Shown: positions 1 through 9,267, numbered from the stretch's first letter. The stretch is 45,077 bases of DNA from a virus (IMGVR_UViG_3300025018_000225:1-45077), one strand, 5' to 3'. Notes: generated by a model not told the origin, from the sequence alone. Program-made: numbers and translations.

Positions 1-2375
1 CGAAGAGCTGGCCATCGCCGAAGCCCAGCCAGAGCCCACGGCTGTCCTTCACCTTGACCCCGACCGCGTGGATCTTGCGCTTCTTGTCGGTCCAGGTCTC
101 GCCCTGGAGGTTCTCGGCGTCGAGCGTCTCGATGCGGGCCGTGTATGGCAGGCCGACGTGCGCAATCACGGCAGGCGATGCCAAGGTGATGCTGCCGCCG
201 GTGACGACCGCCTCGGGGTTGACGGATCCGTCGCAGAGCGCGGTCACGGTGCGGCCTTCCAGGTGGTCGAGGCCGGTGACGGTGTCGACGGCCAGGCCCC
301 AGGCGGTGACCGCGGCCGCCTGGATGCTGACGGGCAGCGCGCGATCGGCGCGCACGGTCACCACGGTCGGCGAGGTGTAGGCGGTGATCGTGCAGGCGTA
401 GCGCGCGGTCTCGATCTCTTCCGTGTCCGGGTCCTCCTCCTCGACATAGAAGACGACCTCGTCGCCCACGTTGGAGGCGGCGAAGGTCCCGGCGCTGGCC
501 GTGCAGGTCAGCTCCTCGGTGTCATCCCAGGCGGTGCCGCCGGTGAGCGTCATGGTCGTCGCGCCGATGTTGCGACCGTCGTAGGTCAGGCCGCAGTCCA
601 CGAAGAAGGCGTCGACCGCGATGTCGGTGAACTGGCGCGAGGCGAAGCGTTCGATGTAGCGGGTCCAGGCGCCATCGACATAGCGGCGGACGATGACATA
701 GACCGCGTCTTCGCGGCCTTCGGGCACGGTGCAGACGTCCTTGTAGGTGTCGTCGCCGCCGGCCGTCAGGTGGCGATGCCAGCCCCAGACATCGTGATCG
801 CGGACGTAGGTCAGGCCCAGCATCATGCCGTCGTCGCGCACGCACCAGTTGACCGAGTGCGGGATCTTCTGGTAGTCCATGGCCACGATCTCATGGCCGT
901 CGAAAAGCTCCGGGCAGAAGATGGTCAGGTCGCGGCCCTGGTAGCCGTCGCTCTCGAAGTCGTAGCGCAGGTCGCGGACGAAGCTGCCGCGCGCCTGGAC
1001 GTAGAGGGCGGTGTTGCCGATGATGACGGGGGCGATGGCCGCGGCGCCATCATAGCCCTGCTGCTCCGGGTTGAGCGCGTCCGTTGCAGAGATGGTTTTG
1101 TTTACGCCCTGGATTACCCACTCGGACGAGTCGGTCAGGATCACCAGTTTGCCAGCAACCTCGATGATGTGGCGCACGGCGTTGACCTGGCGGCCGGCGA
1201 GCTGGAACTCGATGCAGTCGTCGCTCTGGATCGGCGAGCTCTTGGCGAAGTTGCTGTAGTTGCCGGTCTGCGACAGCCAGACGCGCTCGGTAGCGTCGTT
1301 GGTGTTGGCCAGGGCCAGGCGCTGCTTGACGTAGGTGACGGTCGACGGGTAGGCGCCGGCCTCGGCGAAGAGGTCGCGCTCGATGGGCGGGGTGAGGCTG
1401 GCCTGCGCCGCGATGTTGGTGTCGGAGAGGCTGATCGTCGGGGCGCTGGCGTTGCCGTTGGCCTCACCGATGAACTCGAAGACGCCGTCCTTGTAGCGGT
1501 AGAACCACAGGCCGAAGCCCTCGCCCGGGTTGTCCGCGGTGATGACGTGCGGGTTGCTGGTGGTCGGGGCCGCGGCGCTGTCGAGGCGGACGTAGGGGCG
1601 CGCCGCGGTGCCGCCGGCGGTGTACGCGGTGTGCGCTGTCGAGTCCTCGCCGTCGAGGGTGTAGGTGTTGGCGCCAGTCTTGGTGATGACGAAGGTCCGC
1701 CCGTTGAGCTGGGTCATGCCGCCCAGACCGGCGAGGTAGACCTCGTCGCCGGTGCTGTAGGGGTGCGCGACATCCGTGATCTGGCAGGGGTTGGCCTGGC
1801 TCGCCCCGGTGACCGTGGTTGCGGTCTCGCGGCCGGGGTAGCTCTCCTCCAGCGTGTCCTTGTTGAAGGCCGTGATCTGGTAGCGGTAGCTGTTCGCGCC
1901 GGCGCCGCCGGCCGTGCCCGTGCAGTCGGTCGGGCGATCGACGGCTGGCGCGAAGCTCTTGAGCGTCAGCAGCCAGGCGGTGTGCCCGGTGCGGCGCAGC
2001 TCGCGCGGGGCGTAGTCAGGATGCACCAGGGTGACCACGTCGCCGCTCTGGACGTACTGGATAGCCCGCAGGTCATTCGCCGCGTAGGGCGTCGGGATCT
2101 CGTAGAAGCCGGCAGTCATCAGCGCCCAATAGGTGACGTTGGGCGGGGTGTGGTTGAGGTGGTCCGCAACGCAGTAGTAGGTCGTCCCGGCGAGGCTGGC
2201 CATGTCGCCGACGAGGTAGGTGGTCAGGGCCGACCAGGCGGTCGCAGATGGCACGACGGCGCCGCCATCGCGGTAGACCCGCATGTACTGCTCGCCGAAC
2301 TCCAGGATGTAGGTCTGGTCGGCGTTGAAGACGAACTTGAAGAGACGCGACGGGTGGGCGTCACCGTCGCGCGCC
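1..2375. repeat. Imperfect terminal direct repeat, copy 1 (partner 42703-45077)
   Basis: Both copies are 2375 bp; first 100 and last 126 bp identical; interior roughly 85-90% identical by eye. Confidence 0.95.
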
Positions 2376-2542
2376 TCGGCGATGAACTCAGACCCGGCAC
2401 GATTGGTGATGCCGCCGTAGCGCTGGATGATGACGTTGAGCGCTTCCTTGAGCCCGGTCTGGTACTTGGTCTGGTCGTCGCGGCCTTCCAGCTCGGGGCC
2501 GATGATGCCGCCGGCGAAGGAGCGCTGTTTGATCGAGGGCAT
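1..2542 (-). CDS. Tail tubular protein B / nozzle (T7 gp12 / BPP-1 Bbp13-like), allele 1; 3' end runs off the window and continues at 42702-42524
   Basis: ATG at 2542 reads MPSIKQRSFAGGIIGPEL...YQTGLKEALNVIIQRYGGITNRAGSEFI, a typical podovirus nozzle N-terminus; colinear with ORF 42524-44986; about 906 aa when joined across the circle. Confidence 0.85.
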   Translation of the reverse strand, partial: MPSIKQRSFAGGIIGPELEGRDDQTKYQTGLKEALNVIIQRYGGITNRAGSEFIAEARDGDAHPSRLFKFVFNADQTYILEFGEQYMRVYRDGGAVVPSATAWSALTTYLVGDMASLAGTTYYCVADHLNHTPPNVTYWALMTAGFYEIPTPYAANDLRAIQYVQSGDVVTLVHPDYAPRELRRTGHTAWLLTLKSFAPAVDRPTDCTGTAGGAGANSYRYQITAFNKDTLEESYPGRETATTVTGASQANPCQITDVAHPYSTGDEVYLAGLGGMTQLNGRTFVITKTGANTYTLDGEDSTAHTAYTAGGTAARPYVRLDSAAAPTTSNPHVITADNPGEGFGLWFYRYKDGVFEFIGEANGNASAPTISLSDTNIAAQASLTPPIERDLFAEAGAYPSTVTYVKQRLALANTNDATERVWLSQTGNYSNFAKSSPIQSDDCIEFQLAGRQVNAVRHIIEVAGKLVILTDSSEWVIQGVNKTISATDALNPEQQGYDGAAAIAPVIIGNTALYVQARGSFVRDLRYDFESDGYQGRDLTIFCPELFDGHEIVAMDYQKIPHSVNWCVRDDGMMLGLTYVRDHDVWGWHRHLTAGGDDTYKDVCTVPEGREDAVYVIVRRYVDGAWTRYIERFASRQFTDIAVDAFFVDCGLTYDGRNIGATTMTLTGGTAWDDTEELTCTASAGTFAASNVGDEVVFYVEEEDPDTEEIETARYACTITAYTSPTVVTVRADRALPVSIQAAAVTAWGLAVDTVTGLDHLEGRTVTALCDGSVNPEAVVTGGSITLASPAVIAHVGLPYTARIETLDAENLQGETWTDKKRKIHAVGVKVKDSRGLWLGFGDGQLF

Positions 2543-2545
2543 GGG

Positions 2546-3184
2546 TTAGATCCCGCTCGTGGTCTGGCGCCATGGGTCGACGCTGACGCTGCGGGCAGCC
2601 AGGAACTCGTCGGCAGGCGGTTCGATGCCACGCCCTTCATTGGCGGCGGTGGTCATCGCCTCGCCGATGGCGCGCCGGTATCCATCGCGTGCGACCTGGC
2701 GCAGGCTTTCCTCGGCGGACAGCGGCTGGGCCACACGGATGGCAAGCTGGTAGGCGAGCGCCTCGACGAAGTCGGCCGGGTAGAGGCCGGGCTGGGTGAC
2801 GCGCGCGGTGTAGTCGAGGATCGCGTCCTCGGCGTTGGTGTAGATGATCGCGCCGCTGGAGTCGCCACCGACCTGGAAGCGCTCGCCCTGCGGGTTGGCT
2901 TCGGTGCGGTTGATGGTGTGTGCCGTGAGGAAGTCGCTGGGTGCCCGATAGGCGTAGAGCCAGACGGTGCCGTCGTAGCCGCTGATGGTCGCCAGGGTGG
3001 CGATGCGCTGCGCGAAGGGCCAGCGGTGCGCCTTGAGCGTGACATCCAGGGCCAGGTCGTAGTGAGTGATGCAGGCCTGGGCCTGGGCCTTGCTGGTCCG
3101 CTCGCTCTCCAGGTCGGTGATGAGGCGGTTGATGCCCAGGTGCCCGAGGGCGATGTTGCAGATGGCGGCCTGGCTGTAGCTCAC
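2546..3184 (-). CDS. Tail tubular protein A / head-tail adaptor
   Basis: ICNIALGHLG...HRWPFA...YAYRAPSDFL motifs of podovirus adaptors; immediately upstream of the nozzle gene. Confidence 0.8.
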   Translation of the reverse strand: MSYSQAAICNIALGHLGINRLITDLESERTSKAQAQACITHYDLALDVTLKAHRWPFAQRIATLATISGYDGTVWLYAYRAPSDFLTAHTINRTEANPQGERFQVGGDSSGAIIYTNAEDAILDYTARVTQPGLYPADFVEALAYQLAIRVAQPLSAEESLRQVARDGYRRAIGEAMTTAANEGRGIEPPADEFLAARSVSVDPWRQTTSGI

Positions 3185-3199
3185 GGGTGGAGGTCCTTA

Positions 3200-3231
3200 G
3201 AAGAAAAAAGGGGCCGGGGTCTCCGGCCCCT
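3200..3231 (-). terminator. Intrinsic terminator after the capsid gene cluster
   Basis: 9-bp stem AGGGGCCGG/CCGGCCCCT (3209-3231) followed on the minus strand by a T run. Confidence 0.8.
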
Positions 3232-3260
3232 CGCGGGTGTTGCGCGCCTCGTGCTCCGGC

Positions 3261-3590
3261 CTACTTGAGCCGGGTGGCCGGGGTCGGCTTCACGTTGGGA
3301 CCGATCGGCGGGGGCGGCCGGTTCTTCTTGAGCTTGGCGATCTCGGGAGCGAGCCGCTTGGCGTCGGCTTCGCTGACCGGATCCATCCAGCCGCCGAGGT
3401 CGGTGTCGGCGCCGATCTCGAACTCGTCGCCACGCTCGCGGATGACGCCGTCGTAGTAGCCGCGCGCCAGGGCGCGGACGCGCGTCTTGGCGGGAGGCTG
3501 TGACTTGGGCTCGGCCGCGACGGGCGGCTTGGCGGGAGGCTGCGGATCGGCCGCGACGGGCGGCTTGGCGGGAGGCTGCGGATCGGCCAT
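3261..3590 (-). CDS. Small virion-module protein with a Pro-rich N-terminal 36-bp tandem repeat
   Basis: ADPQPPAKPPVA repeated, then RVRALARGYYDGVIRERGDEFEI domain; GGAG SD; follows the cement gene. Confidence 0.7.
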   Translation of the reverse strand: MADPQPPAKPPVAADPQPPAKPPVAAEPKSQPPAKTRVRALARGYYDGVIRERGDEFEIGADTDLGGWMDPVSEADAKRLAPEIAKLKKNRPPPPIGPNVKPTPATRLK

Positions 3591-3636
3591 GGAGGGCTCC
3601 GGTGGTCAGGTGATGACGGACGACTCGACGCCTGGA

Positions 3637-4071
3637 TCAGGCGTCGAAGCCGTTCGGAGCCTTGAACAGGTTGGTCAGGCTGCCCTTCTCGGCGAGCCAG
3701 GCGGTGTAGGTGACGCTCGGGGTCGTGCCGCCGAGGGTCGCCACTAGGCCGAGGAACTGCTCGGTCGCCACGTTCTCGGGGATGTCGATGGTGTGCAGGC
3801 TGTTGGCGGTCAGGTCGGTCGCCAGGATCGTCTTGGTAGCGATCGTGGTGTCCGAGGACAGGGCCGCGTTGTCGTCGGTCGTCACGCTGAACGCATAGGT
3901 CTCGTTCGTGCTGGTGAAGTCGGCCGCGACGTCGACCTTGATGACGACCATCAGCGGCTTGCCGTTGCCCAGCATGCCGGCGGCCTTGAGGTCGATGACG
4001 TTGGTTGCATCGCCGGTGGCGGTGATGGCCAGGGCCGAGGCGAAGAGGAGCTGTGCGTCGATGAGGGCCAT
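3637..4071 (-). CDS. Capsid cement/decoration protein (Bbp16-like)
   Basis: MALIDAQLLF...TNVIDL...GNGKPL pattern; directly downstream of the major capsid gene. Confidence 0.8.
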   Translation of the reverse strand: MALIDAQLLFASALAITATGDATNVIDLKAAGMLGNGKPLMVVIKVDVAADFTSTNETYAFSVTTDDNAALSSDTTIATKTILATDLTANSLHTIDIPENVATEQFLGLVATLGGTTPSVTYTAWLAEKGSLTNLFKAPNGFDA

Positions 4072-4166
4072 GGGATGACTCCGATGATGGGTAGAGGCTT
4101 TTGACGCTGAGGCCCGGCTGCCACCACGACAGCCGGGCTCGCGTCTGCACCGTCAGGCGCAGGGGA

Positions 4167-5180
4167 TCAGACGACGCGCGCTTCGGTGTTCAGCAGGGCG
4201 TCGCAGGTGCAGAACGGCATGCCGTCGATCATCATGATGGGCTTGCCCATCACGGACTCGAAGGTGGTCATGCCCGAGCTCTTGCTCAGGGCCTGGATGC
4301 GCGCCCAGGTGCGGAACGTGCGGTTGCCGCAGACGATGCGCTTGCCGCCGCTGGAGGCCGGCAGATGGCCGATGCCTTCGATCAGCTTGTTCCAGAGGTC
4401 GGCCTGGCTGCCGGCGTTGGCGCGCAGGTTCGAGACGTCGATGTTGGCCAGGCGGACGCCGCAGGTCCAGTTCTCGACGACCAGGCCGAGCGACCAGTTG
4501 AGGTACTCGCGGTAGGCGCGCATCGAGGAGCCATCGACGCCAACGGCGCCGGCGATCTCGATGACGCCACGGTCGTCGCGCTGGATGCCCGACTTCTTGC
4601 CCTGGGGCAGGAGGCCGCTGATCTTGCCCTCGCCCAGCTCCAGGATCCAGACGCTCATGTTGTCCGAGCCGGTGCCGCCGCAGTCGATGACGTTCTCGGC
4701 GCTGGCCGCGGTCGCGGTGTTGACCGTCGAGTAGTGGGGCGCGAGGCCGGTGATGCGCTCCGGGTTGGTGCGCTCGTCCTCGTAGAACAGGGCGGTCGTG
4801 GCCTGCTGGGTCAGGCCCTCGATCGCGAGCATGGCCTGCTTGGTGCGGACCTGGGCGACCTTGTCCATGCCGCGCTTCTCGGCGAGGTGCTTGTCCACCG
4901 TGATGGGCAGCTCGATCATGCCGGTCTGCGCACGGACCTGGGCGGTGCTCGCCTTGCCCGAGTTGCGGGCCTGGTTGTAGCGGACCCATGCGCCCTGGGG
5001 CAGGCCGGTGGCGATCACGGTCTCGTGGCTGGAGCCGTCATTGCACTCGATGAACGGCAGGTAGCTCCAGATGTCGTTGGTCTGGACCAGCATGTTCACG
5101 ATGGCCGCGATGTCCCCCTTGGGGTCCTCCATCTTGGCGTAGTCGGCGAGGGTGAGGTTGTAGGATGCGAGGGTGGCCAT
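4167..5180 (-). CDS. Major capsid protein (BPP-1 Bbp17 / epsilon15-like)
   Basis: LTLADYAK, TGLP..W..YN, GLAPHY, RLANID, CDALLNTEARVV motifs; 337 aa. Confidence 0.9.
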   Translation of the reverse strand: MATLASYNLTLADYAKMEDPKGDIAAIVNMLVQTNDIWSYLPFIECNDGSSHETVIATGLPQGAWVRYNQARNSGKASTAQVRAQTGMIELPITVDKHLAEKRGMDKVAQVRTKQAMLAIEGLTQQATTALFYEDERTNPERITGLAPHYSTVNTATAASAENVIDCGGTGSDNMSVWILELGEGKISGLLPQGKKSGIQRDDRGVIEIAGAVGVDGSSMRAYREYLNWSLGLVVENWTCGVRLANIDVSNLRANAGSQADLWNKLIEGIGHLPASSGGKRIVCGNRTFRTWARIQALSKSSGMTTFESVMGKPIMMIDGMPFCTCDALLNTEARVV

Positions 5181-5227
5181 GGGTGGCTCCGGCTTTGATT
5201 CGGTTGAGGGGGTTGGGCGCTATGGCG

Positions 5228-5893
5228 CTAGGCCGCGGAGGTCTTGGCTTTGGGGTACAGGACATCCTCGATCGGCTTCTCGCCGGCCGAGTTGTCGCCA
5301 CCGGCAGCGAAGGAGTCTTCGCGGTTGGCCTGGCCGAGGTAGTTGAACAGACGGACGACGGCCGGGTGCTCGCCGTAGCCGCTGCCGTCGAGGAGCTGCT
5401 TGATCCCGGGCGCGATCTTGGCGTCGATCTCGCCGACGACCTTCTGCGCACGTTGGAGGCTGGCCTCGAACTTCTCGCCGCCGTAGTCCTTGTCGGCTTT
5501 GATGGCCTCGTGCCATTCGGCCTTTTGCTTGGCGAGCGCGGCGTCCATGTCGGCCTTGGCCTGGACCTGGCGCGTGTGCGTGTCGTTCAGCAGCTTCTGG
5601 GCCGCCTCGGCGTTCAGCCCGTAGACCTTGGCGATCTCGGCGATCTTGGGCAGGGCCGCAGGGTCGAAGCCTTCGGGAGCCTTGAGGCTGGCGTAGGGAT
5701 CGGTGCCGGCGGCAGCGGAAGCAGGCTGTCCGCTCTGCGCGCCGTTCGCGTTCTGGTTCTGCTGGGCCGCGTTGCCGGTATCAGTGCCGGAGGCAGCCGC
5801 GCCAGTCGCTGCCGCACCGCCGGTCGCACCAGCGCCACCGTTGCCGGCTGCGGTCTGGGAACCATTCGCGGAGGTGGCTGCGGCGTCGGTCAT
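5228..5893 (-). CDS. Capsid assembly/scaffolding protein
   Basis: Ala/Gly low-complexity N-terminus, helical body, KADKDYGG...GYGEHPAVVR motif; upstream of the capsid gene. Confidence 0.75.
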   Translation of the reverse strand: MTDAAATSANGSQTAAGNGGAGATGGAAATGAAASGTDTGNAAQQNQNANGAQSGQPASAAAGTDPYASLKAPEGFDPAALPKIAEIAKVYGLNAEAAQKLLNDTHTRQVQAKADMDAALAKQKAEWHEAIKADKDYGGEKFEASLQRAQKVVGEIDAKIAPGIKQLLDGSGYGEHPAVVRLFNYLGQANREDSFAAGGDNSAGEKPIEDVLYPKAKTSAA

Positions 5894-5943
5894 GGCGCGA
5901 GCATATCAGGAACGGGAACCGTCAAGACGGTTCGGCTTTTGCA
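5894..5943 (-). promoter_or_regulatory. Putative late promoter 1 (leaderless)
   Basis: TGCAAAAGCCGAACCGTC (5943-5926), 20 nt, TATGCT, 6 nt, ATG of the scaffold gene. Confidence 0.75.
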
Positions 5944-6226
5944 CCTCGGCGATCAGGCCTCCGATGCTCTCGGGGCGCGCTTCGGTGAGCTCGGCGAGGA
6001 GCCAGAGCCCGACATTGCGCTCGCCGGCGCGCAGGCTGCTGACGCGCTCGCTGTCGGCATCGAAGGTCTGCCGTAGCGGACCCGTGCGCTCCAGGATCCG
6101 CCGCATGACGCGCCGGCCAGCCTGCGAATCGAGCATCACGCCGATGTCGTGCAGCTCGTCCTTGCGGCGCTCCTTGGCCTGCTGCTCGGCAAGCGCTGCG
6201 ATCTGTTCGTCGTCCATGTCGTTCAT
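5906..6226 (-). CDS. Bbp19-like head-module protein
   Basis: VMLDSQAGRRVMRRILE...F...GERNVGLWL pattern; ATG at 6226 overlaps the upstream stop. Confidence 0.7.
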   Translation of the reverse strand: MNDMDDEQIAALAEQQAKERRKDELHDIGVMLDSQAGRRVMRRILERTGPLRQTFDADSERVSSLRAGERNVGLWLLAELTEARPESIGGLIAEVQKPNRLDGSRS

Positions 6227-6348
6227 CGGCGTCCCCTTCTGCGTGCGATGATGAGCCAGTAGGAAGGCGTCAGCGGGGCCGGCGCGTCGCCGCCATCGCC
6301 GACCCATCCGCCGAACCAGTTGCCGTACCAGACCCCGTCCCAGGTCAT
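6223..6348 (-). CDS. 41-aa Trp/Gly-rich peptide (not in the ORF track)
   Basis: MTWDGVWYGNWFGGWVGDGGDAPAPLTPSYWLIIARRRGRR; ATGA overlaps at both ends. Confidence 0.6.
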   Translation of the reverse strand: MTWDGVWYGNWFGGWVGDGGDAPAPLTPSYWLIIARRRGRR

Positions 6349-6824
6349 GTGCCGTCCCTGGTGGTGATCGTGCGGGTTCCGCCGCTGCGCGTGCCAGCCA
6401 CGCGGGTCTTGCTGCCGTCCGCGCTCTTGAATGCGGGGTCAGTGTCGAGGCCGGTCGCGTCGCCGCTGGCGACCGCCAGCAGTAGGCGCAGGGCCTGCTT
6501 GAGCGTCAGGTCGCCCTCGACCTTCGCTTCCAGCACGGCGCCAGTCACGTCGTCCTGGGACAGCTCGTTGACCTTGATGCGGGCGAAGGCGCGGATTGCG
6601 CCGCGGGCCTGGGCCTGCGTGATGACGCCCTGGCCCAGCAGCGTGGCCACGGCGCTGATCAGGCGCACGGGGCGGGCGTAGGTGATCGCGCCGGAACCAG
6701 CCAGCGATGCCGCAGCGCGCACCGAACCGCGTGCCTGTGCGATGACGGAGCCGGAGCCCTGGACGACCGCTGACGCGCAGGCCGGCCCATACCATTGCAG
6801 GGCGAACGTGCTCGCCAGAGGCAT
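6345..6824 (-). CDS. Hypothetical virion-module protein
   Basis: Tightly packed ORF; C-terminal LTLKQALRLLLAV..G motif. Confidence 0.65.
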   Translation of the reverse strand: MPLASTFALQWYGPACASAVVQGSGSVIAQARGSVRAAASLAGSGAITYARPVRLISAVATLLGQGVITQAQARGAIRAFARIKVNELSQDDVTGAVLEAKVEGDLTLKQALRLLLAVASGDATGLDTDPAFKSADGSKTRVAGTRSGGTRTITTRDGT

Positions 6825-6827
6825 GGG

Positions 6828-7454
6828 CTAGTCCGCTTCGATGGCGAACAAGGCGCGCCAGCGCAGGGTGCCGACCGCGCCGCTGCCGATCTGCTTGACG
6901 CTCGCGGCTTCGCCAGGGCGCAGGATCATCGGACGCGACCAGGGGTCTATGCGGGGGAGCTGGTTGGTCGCCTCCAGCAGACGGTCGATGTTGCCGACTG
7001 CGGCGGTGTGCTCTTCGGTGCTGATGTTGAGGATGCGCCGGATCGTGCCGTCCGCACCGACGCCCGAGGTCGCGCCACCGTAGAGCGACACGGCGGATAG
7101 GGCCGGATCTGCGCTATTGTTCGCGTCGGCCGTGATCGCTGCGCCGCCGGCCGGAGTGCCGTAGGTCTGCCGCTGGAAACGGTACTCGTTGACGACGCCG
7201 GTCACGCCGGTGACGCCGTTATAGTACCACAGGCCCAGCAGGATCAGCGACTGCGCGCTGCCCGAGTTGTTGCCGATGATCAGGTGATACTTGTTGGCCG
7301 CCGGGGTGATCGCAGCAGACAACGCCTCATAGGTGGGCAGTCCCATCCAGAAGGTGCCCTGTTCGTGCAGGTCGTCGGCGCCGACCGTCTGCCGGCGCAT
7401 GGCCAGCTTGTCGCCGGTGGAATCGGGCGGGACTTGGGTGTAGCCGCGGGGCAT
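6828..7454 (-). CDS. Hypothetical, probably structural beta-rich protein
   Basis: 208-aa ORF, 3-nt gaps to both neighbours. Confidence 0.65.
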   Translation of the reverse strand: MPRGYTQVPPDSTGDKLAMRRQTVGADDLHEQGTFWMGLPTYEALSAAITPAANKYHLIIGNNSGSAQSLILLGLWYYNGVTGVTGVVNEYRFQRQTYGTPAGGAAITADANNSADPALSAVSLYGGATSGVGADGTIRRILNISTEEHTAAVGNIDRLLEATNQLPRIDPWSRPMILRPGEAASVKQIGSGAVGTLRWRALFAIEAD

Positions 7455-7457
7455 GGA

Positions 7458-7880
7458 TCAGTCCTCCTCGATGACGAGGGCAGCGGCCGGGAAGCGCGGG
7501 GTGTCCAGCGCCGTGACGATGATGCCGGGCGCGGTCAGGGCACCGCTGTACAGGATCTGGCTGGCGCCGCTCGCGGCCACGCCGATCGAGACGTGCGTCA
7601 TGGTCTGCGTGCTGGCGCCAAAGCTGGCGTTGCACTCGGGGAAGGTGATCTCGGCCACGTTGCTGGCCGCATTGCCGACCACGGACCAGCCGCCGGCGGT
7701 GCGAGCAACCGCCACGCGGGCATAGTCGGGATAGGTCGCTTCGCTGGTCGTCTGGTCGCCAGCCTCGCCGGGGTCGGCGGTGTGGAAGGCGATGTAGTAG
7801 ATCGAGCCATACGACGGCAGCGCGACGTTGTTGAACAACGTTTGCAGCAGGTCGTTCTCGGTGGTGTTGCCCTTACTCAT
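7458..7880 (-). CDS. Small virion protein (fiber/decoration-associated family)
   Basis: ENDLL..LFN...YIAFHTADPGEAGDQTTSEATY..YARVAV motif common in phage structural modules. Confidence 0.7.
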   Translation of the reverse strand: MSKGNTTENDLLQTLFNNVALPSYGSIYYIAFHTADPGEAGDQTTSEATYPDYARVAVARTAGGWSVVGNAASNVAEITFPECNASFGASTQTMTHVSIGVAASGASQILYSGALTAPGIIVTALDTPRFPAAALVIEED

Positions 7881-8134
7881 GCCTTCCCCTTGGTGATGTT
7901 GGCGATCTCAGCCATGAATGCCCGCTCGTTGGCCTCTGCCGCGGTGATCTGCCCGGTGAGAGCGGCGAGCCTGGCCCTGGCATCGGCTTCGTCCTTGGCC
8001 AGCGCAGCGAGGCGGGCGCGCGCCTCGCTCTCGGCCTGGTCGAGGTTGTTGAGCCGCTTGATGTTCTCGACCAGCGTAGCGAAGTGCTGTGCGCGGCGGG
8101 CCTCGGCGAGGATGAACTGCGGTAGCTCGATCAT
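7877..8134 (-). CDS. Small coiled-coil hypothetical protein
   Basis: ATGA overlaps on both sides; heptad pattern. Confidence 0.6.
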   Translation of the reverse strand: MIELPQFILAEARRAQHFATLVENIKRLNNLDQAESEARARLAALAKDEADARARLAALTGQITAAEANERAFMAEIANITKGKA

Positions 8135-8493
8135 GCCTTCCTCAGCAGGATCCAGCAGGTGATCGAGGTCGTGCCGTTGCCGGCGGTGACGTGCGGGCGG
8201 ATCCAGCGGACGGCCTCAAGGATCGACCACAGCCCGCCGGATGTCTTGGAGCGCGGGTCGAGGCCGGGGTCGCGTAGTGCGTGGTAGACCGTGCCGCCCA
8301 GGCTGCCCTCGATGGCGACGGTCCCGCCGAGGCCGAAGTCCCCACCGATCTCGACGGAGCGGTCGGCATAGGCTGGCAGCTCCAGCGGTGCGCCCGTGTC
8401 CCCGCTCTGGAGGTCGGCCCACTGGTACACATCGACCCGCTCGAAGCCGAGGATGTCGGGCTTGGTGGTGATGGTGTAGGGGCGCTCGGCCAT
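8131..8493 (-). CDS. Hypothetical virion-module protein
   Basis: 120-aa ORF; SVEIGGDFG..GTVAIEGS beta-sandwich-like pattern. Confidence 0.65.
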   Translation of the reverse strand: MAERPYTITTKPDILGFERVDVYQWADLQSGDTGAPLELPAYADRSVEIGGDFGLGGTVAIEGSLGGTVYHALRDPGLDPRSKTSGGLWSILEAVRWIRPHVTAGNGTTSITCWILLRKA

Positions 8494-8497
8494 GGCG

Positions 8498-9259
8498 TCA
8501 GGAGACCCTGGTTAGCAGCATGGTGGCCTGGACAACAGCCGACGCGGCTGCGCCCAGCGGCCGCAGGCGAATGGCGCGCTTCTCCGGCAGCACGATGCCG
8601 GCCTTGCTCATGTCGATGGGCGGCACCATGCCGGTCGCGCCGATGCCGAGCACGCACTCGACGTGCAGGCTCTGGTCAGTTGCCCATGGATCCTGCGTGC
8701 AAACAAGGAGAGCGGCCGACTGCGTGTAGGCGCTAGCGTGGATGCAGTCGAGGCGGTACTGGCTGGTCCCCTTGCCGGTCGCCGGGGTGACCCAATGGCC
8801 ATTGGCGCTGGTGCACCATCCGGCCAGGATCTTGCAGATGGCGCTCGTCAGGGTGCCAGGGACGCCGGTGGTGTAGGTGCCGCCGGTGCCGGTCTTGACG
8901 ATGTGGATGTCGCCAGCGTTGACCTTGCCGGTGCCGTGCGTCAGCACGTCGGCGCCGAAGACGTCGGTCCAGGTCTTCGCGCTCTGCACGATCGTCTGGC
9001 CGTTCATGGTCAGGTCTTCGGACTGGAACGCATAGGACGGATCGAGCCCGGTGATGCGGATGGTGCGCGCTCCGGTTCCGGCCGCGGCGTCTGAGGCGCT
9101 GGAGCTGGTGACGTCCAGCTTGGCGCCAGACGATCCAAGGATCGCGTACCAGTCGAGCGCCTGATCGTACTGGTAGAGCTCCTCCAGCGCAGTGCCGACC
9201 GTCGCGTTGCGGCCCCAGACGACGATGTTGTTGCCGCTGTGCTTCTCGATGAGGTCCAT
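8498..9259 (-). CDS. Hypothetical virion-module protein
   Basis: SSSASDAAAGTGARTIRITGLD motif seen in phage structural proteins; directly after the portal gene. Confidence 0.65.
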   Translation of the reverse strand: MDLIEKHSGNNIVVWGRNATVGTALEELYQYDQALDWYAILGSSGAKLDVTSSSASDAAAGTGARTIRITGLDPSYAFQSEDLTMNGQTIVQSAKTWTDVFGADVLTHGTGKVNAGDIHIVKTGTGGTYTTGVPGTLTSAICKILAGWCTSANGHWVTPATGKGTSQYRLDCIHASAYTQSAALLVCTQDPWATDQSLHVECVLGIGATGMVPPIDMSKAGIVLPEKRAIRLRPLGAAASAVVQATMLLTRVS

Positions 9260-9267
9260 GGTGATCC

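Noticed and set aside
68-3268. Long plus-strand ORFs (68-3268, 9286-11226, 20056-21702, 32879-34525, 40237-42009 and others)
   Set aside because: Antisense shadows of high-GC minus-strand genes, with no recognisable motifs
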